Below are positions 63,308 to 64,000 of a DNA stretch of 64,000 nucleotides, piece after piece. This stretch comes from an uncultured delta proteobacterium (lineage in GTDB: Bacteria; Desulfobacterota; Binatia; UBA9968). Position 1 is the first letter of the stretch. Each line of letters begins with the position of its first letter. The notes under the pieces were generated by a model. The model worked only from the letters and a program-made list of their open reading frames with translations, was not told where the DNA came from and did not search any database. The translations under genes were made by a program, and so were the position numbers. Location of the stretch: NCBI GenBank assembly GCA_963755715.1, contig CAVWLW010000036.1, positions 32,001 to 96,000 of the forward strand. The letters run 5' to 3'.

Positions 63308-64000
63308 TTACTTATCAAACACACCGCTCTTCTCGAGCTCGACCAAATAGCGCCGATCGATCATGTCGGCCGGCTTGATCGCTTTTGCACGCGGATCCTG
63401 CGGCGCGATCTCATCGAGGGATGCTTGCAGCGCCGAATCGGCAATTTCCAAGCGCCTCTCAAGAGCGGGAATTTCGGATTGGTATGCCGCATCGAGTACC
63501 TTTGTGTCTGTAATCCGCAAATATTTGCCGAGGACCTTATAAACAAACTTTCTATCAGTGTGAATAATTTTTGATGCTTCGGCCATTGAACGCATGAATC
63601 TGCCGATCACTGGTCCACGTTTATTGATCATCGAGCGCAGCGTTACCACCTGCGTTGCTCCGTACGGGATGCGCATTTCAGGACCATTGATCACATAGCG
63701 AAAGCCCTTAGCGACGGCAGCTGAATCGCCAGGCGCCACCAAACCCGCCGCGTCGAGACTGCCGCTCACCAGCGCGGCCAACGTTTCAGGCCCGCCGCCG
63801 GTCTGGATCGTTTGAATGTCCTTGGCCGCATCCATGCCCAATCGTTTCAGTGCCTGGATCACGAAATAATGCGTGTTGCCGCCAAACCGCCCGACACCGA
63901 CTTTTTTTCCTTTGAGATCTTCTGGGCGCTTGATGTCCGGCTTGCCGAGCACGCTATGAGTTAGAATATTTTTCATGCCACCGATGAAAACCAAATCCGT
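63308..64000 (-). CDS. ABC substrate-binding protein, SsuA/NMT1 type (5' part outside window)
   Basis: DLKGKKVGVGRFGG, ELEKSGVFDK. Confidence 0.85.
   Translation of the reverse strand, partial: TDLVFIGGMKNILTHSVLGKPDIKRPEDLKGKKVGVGRFGGNTHYFVIQALKRLGMDAAKDIQTIQTGGGPETLAALVSGSLDAAGLVAPGDSAAVAKGFRYVINGPEMRIPYGATQVVTLRSMINKRGPVIGRFMRSMAEASKIIHTDRKFVYKVLGKYLRITDTKVLDAAYQSEIPALERRLEIADSALQASLDEIAPQDPRAKAIKPADMIDRRYLVELEKSGVFDK

Overview
64 kb of GC-rich bacterial chromosome. The gene content (many orphan SsuA/NMT1-type binding proteins, Rieske oxygenases, amidohydrolases, cupins) resembles Candidatus Binatia/Binatota; this taxonomy is an inference. About 60 CDS are present: housekeeping genes (ettA, rfbD, UvrD/PcrA helicase, TrmJ, Fpg/Nei), aromatic/heteroaromatic catabolic clusters and 12 substrate-binding proteins with no permease or transporter ATPase. 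There is also a REP-flanked RAYT transposase and several families of short palindromic repeats. Ten genes carry single-base frameshifts, most likely long-read indel errors. The best hidden signal is at 61032-61805 (-): a glutaredoxin-DinB fusion with an in-frame UGA in a U-x-x-C motif followed by a SECIS-like hairpin, i.e. a probable selenoprotein that the ORF track truncates. No rRNA, tRNA or CRISPR array was seen.
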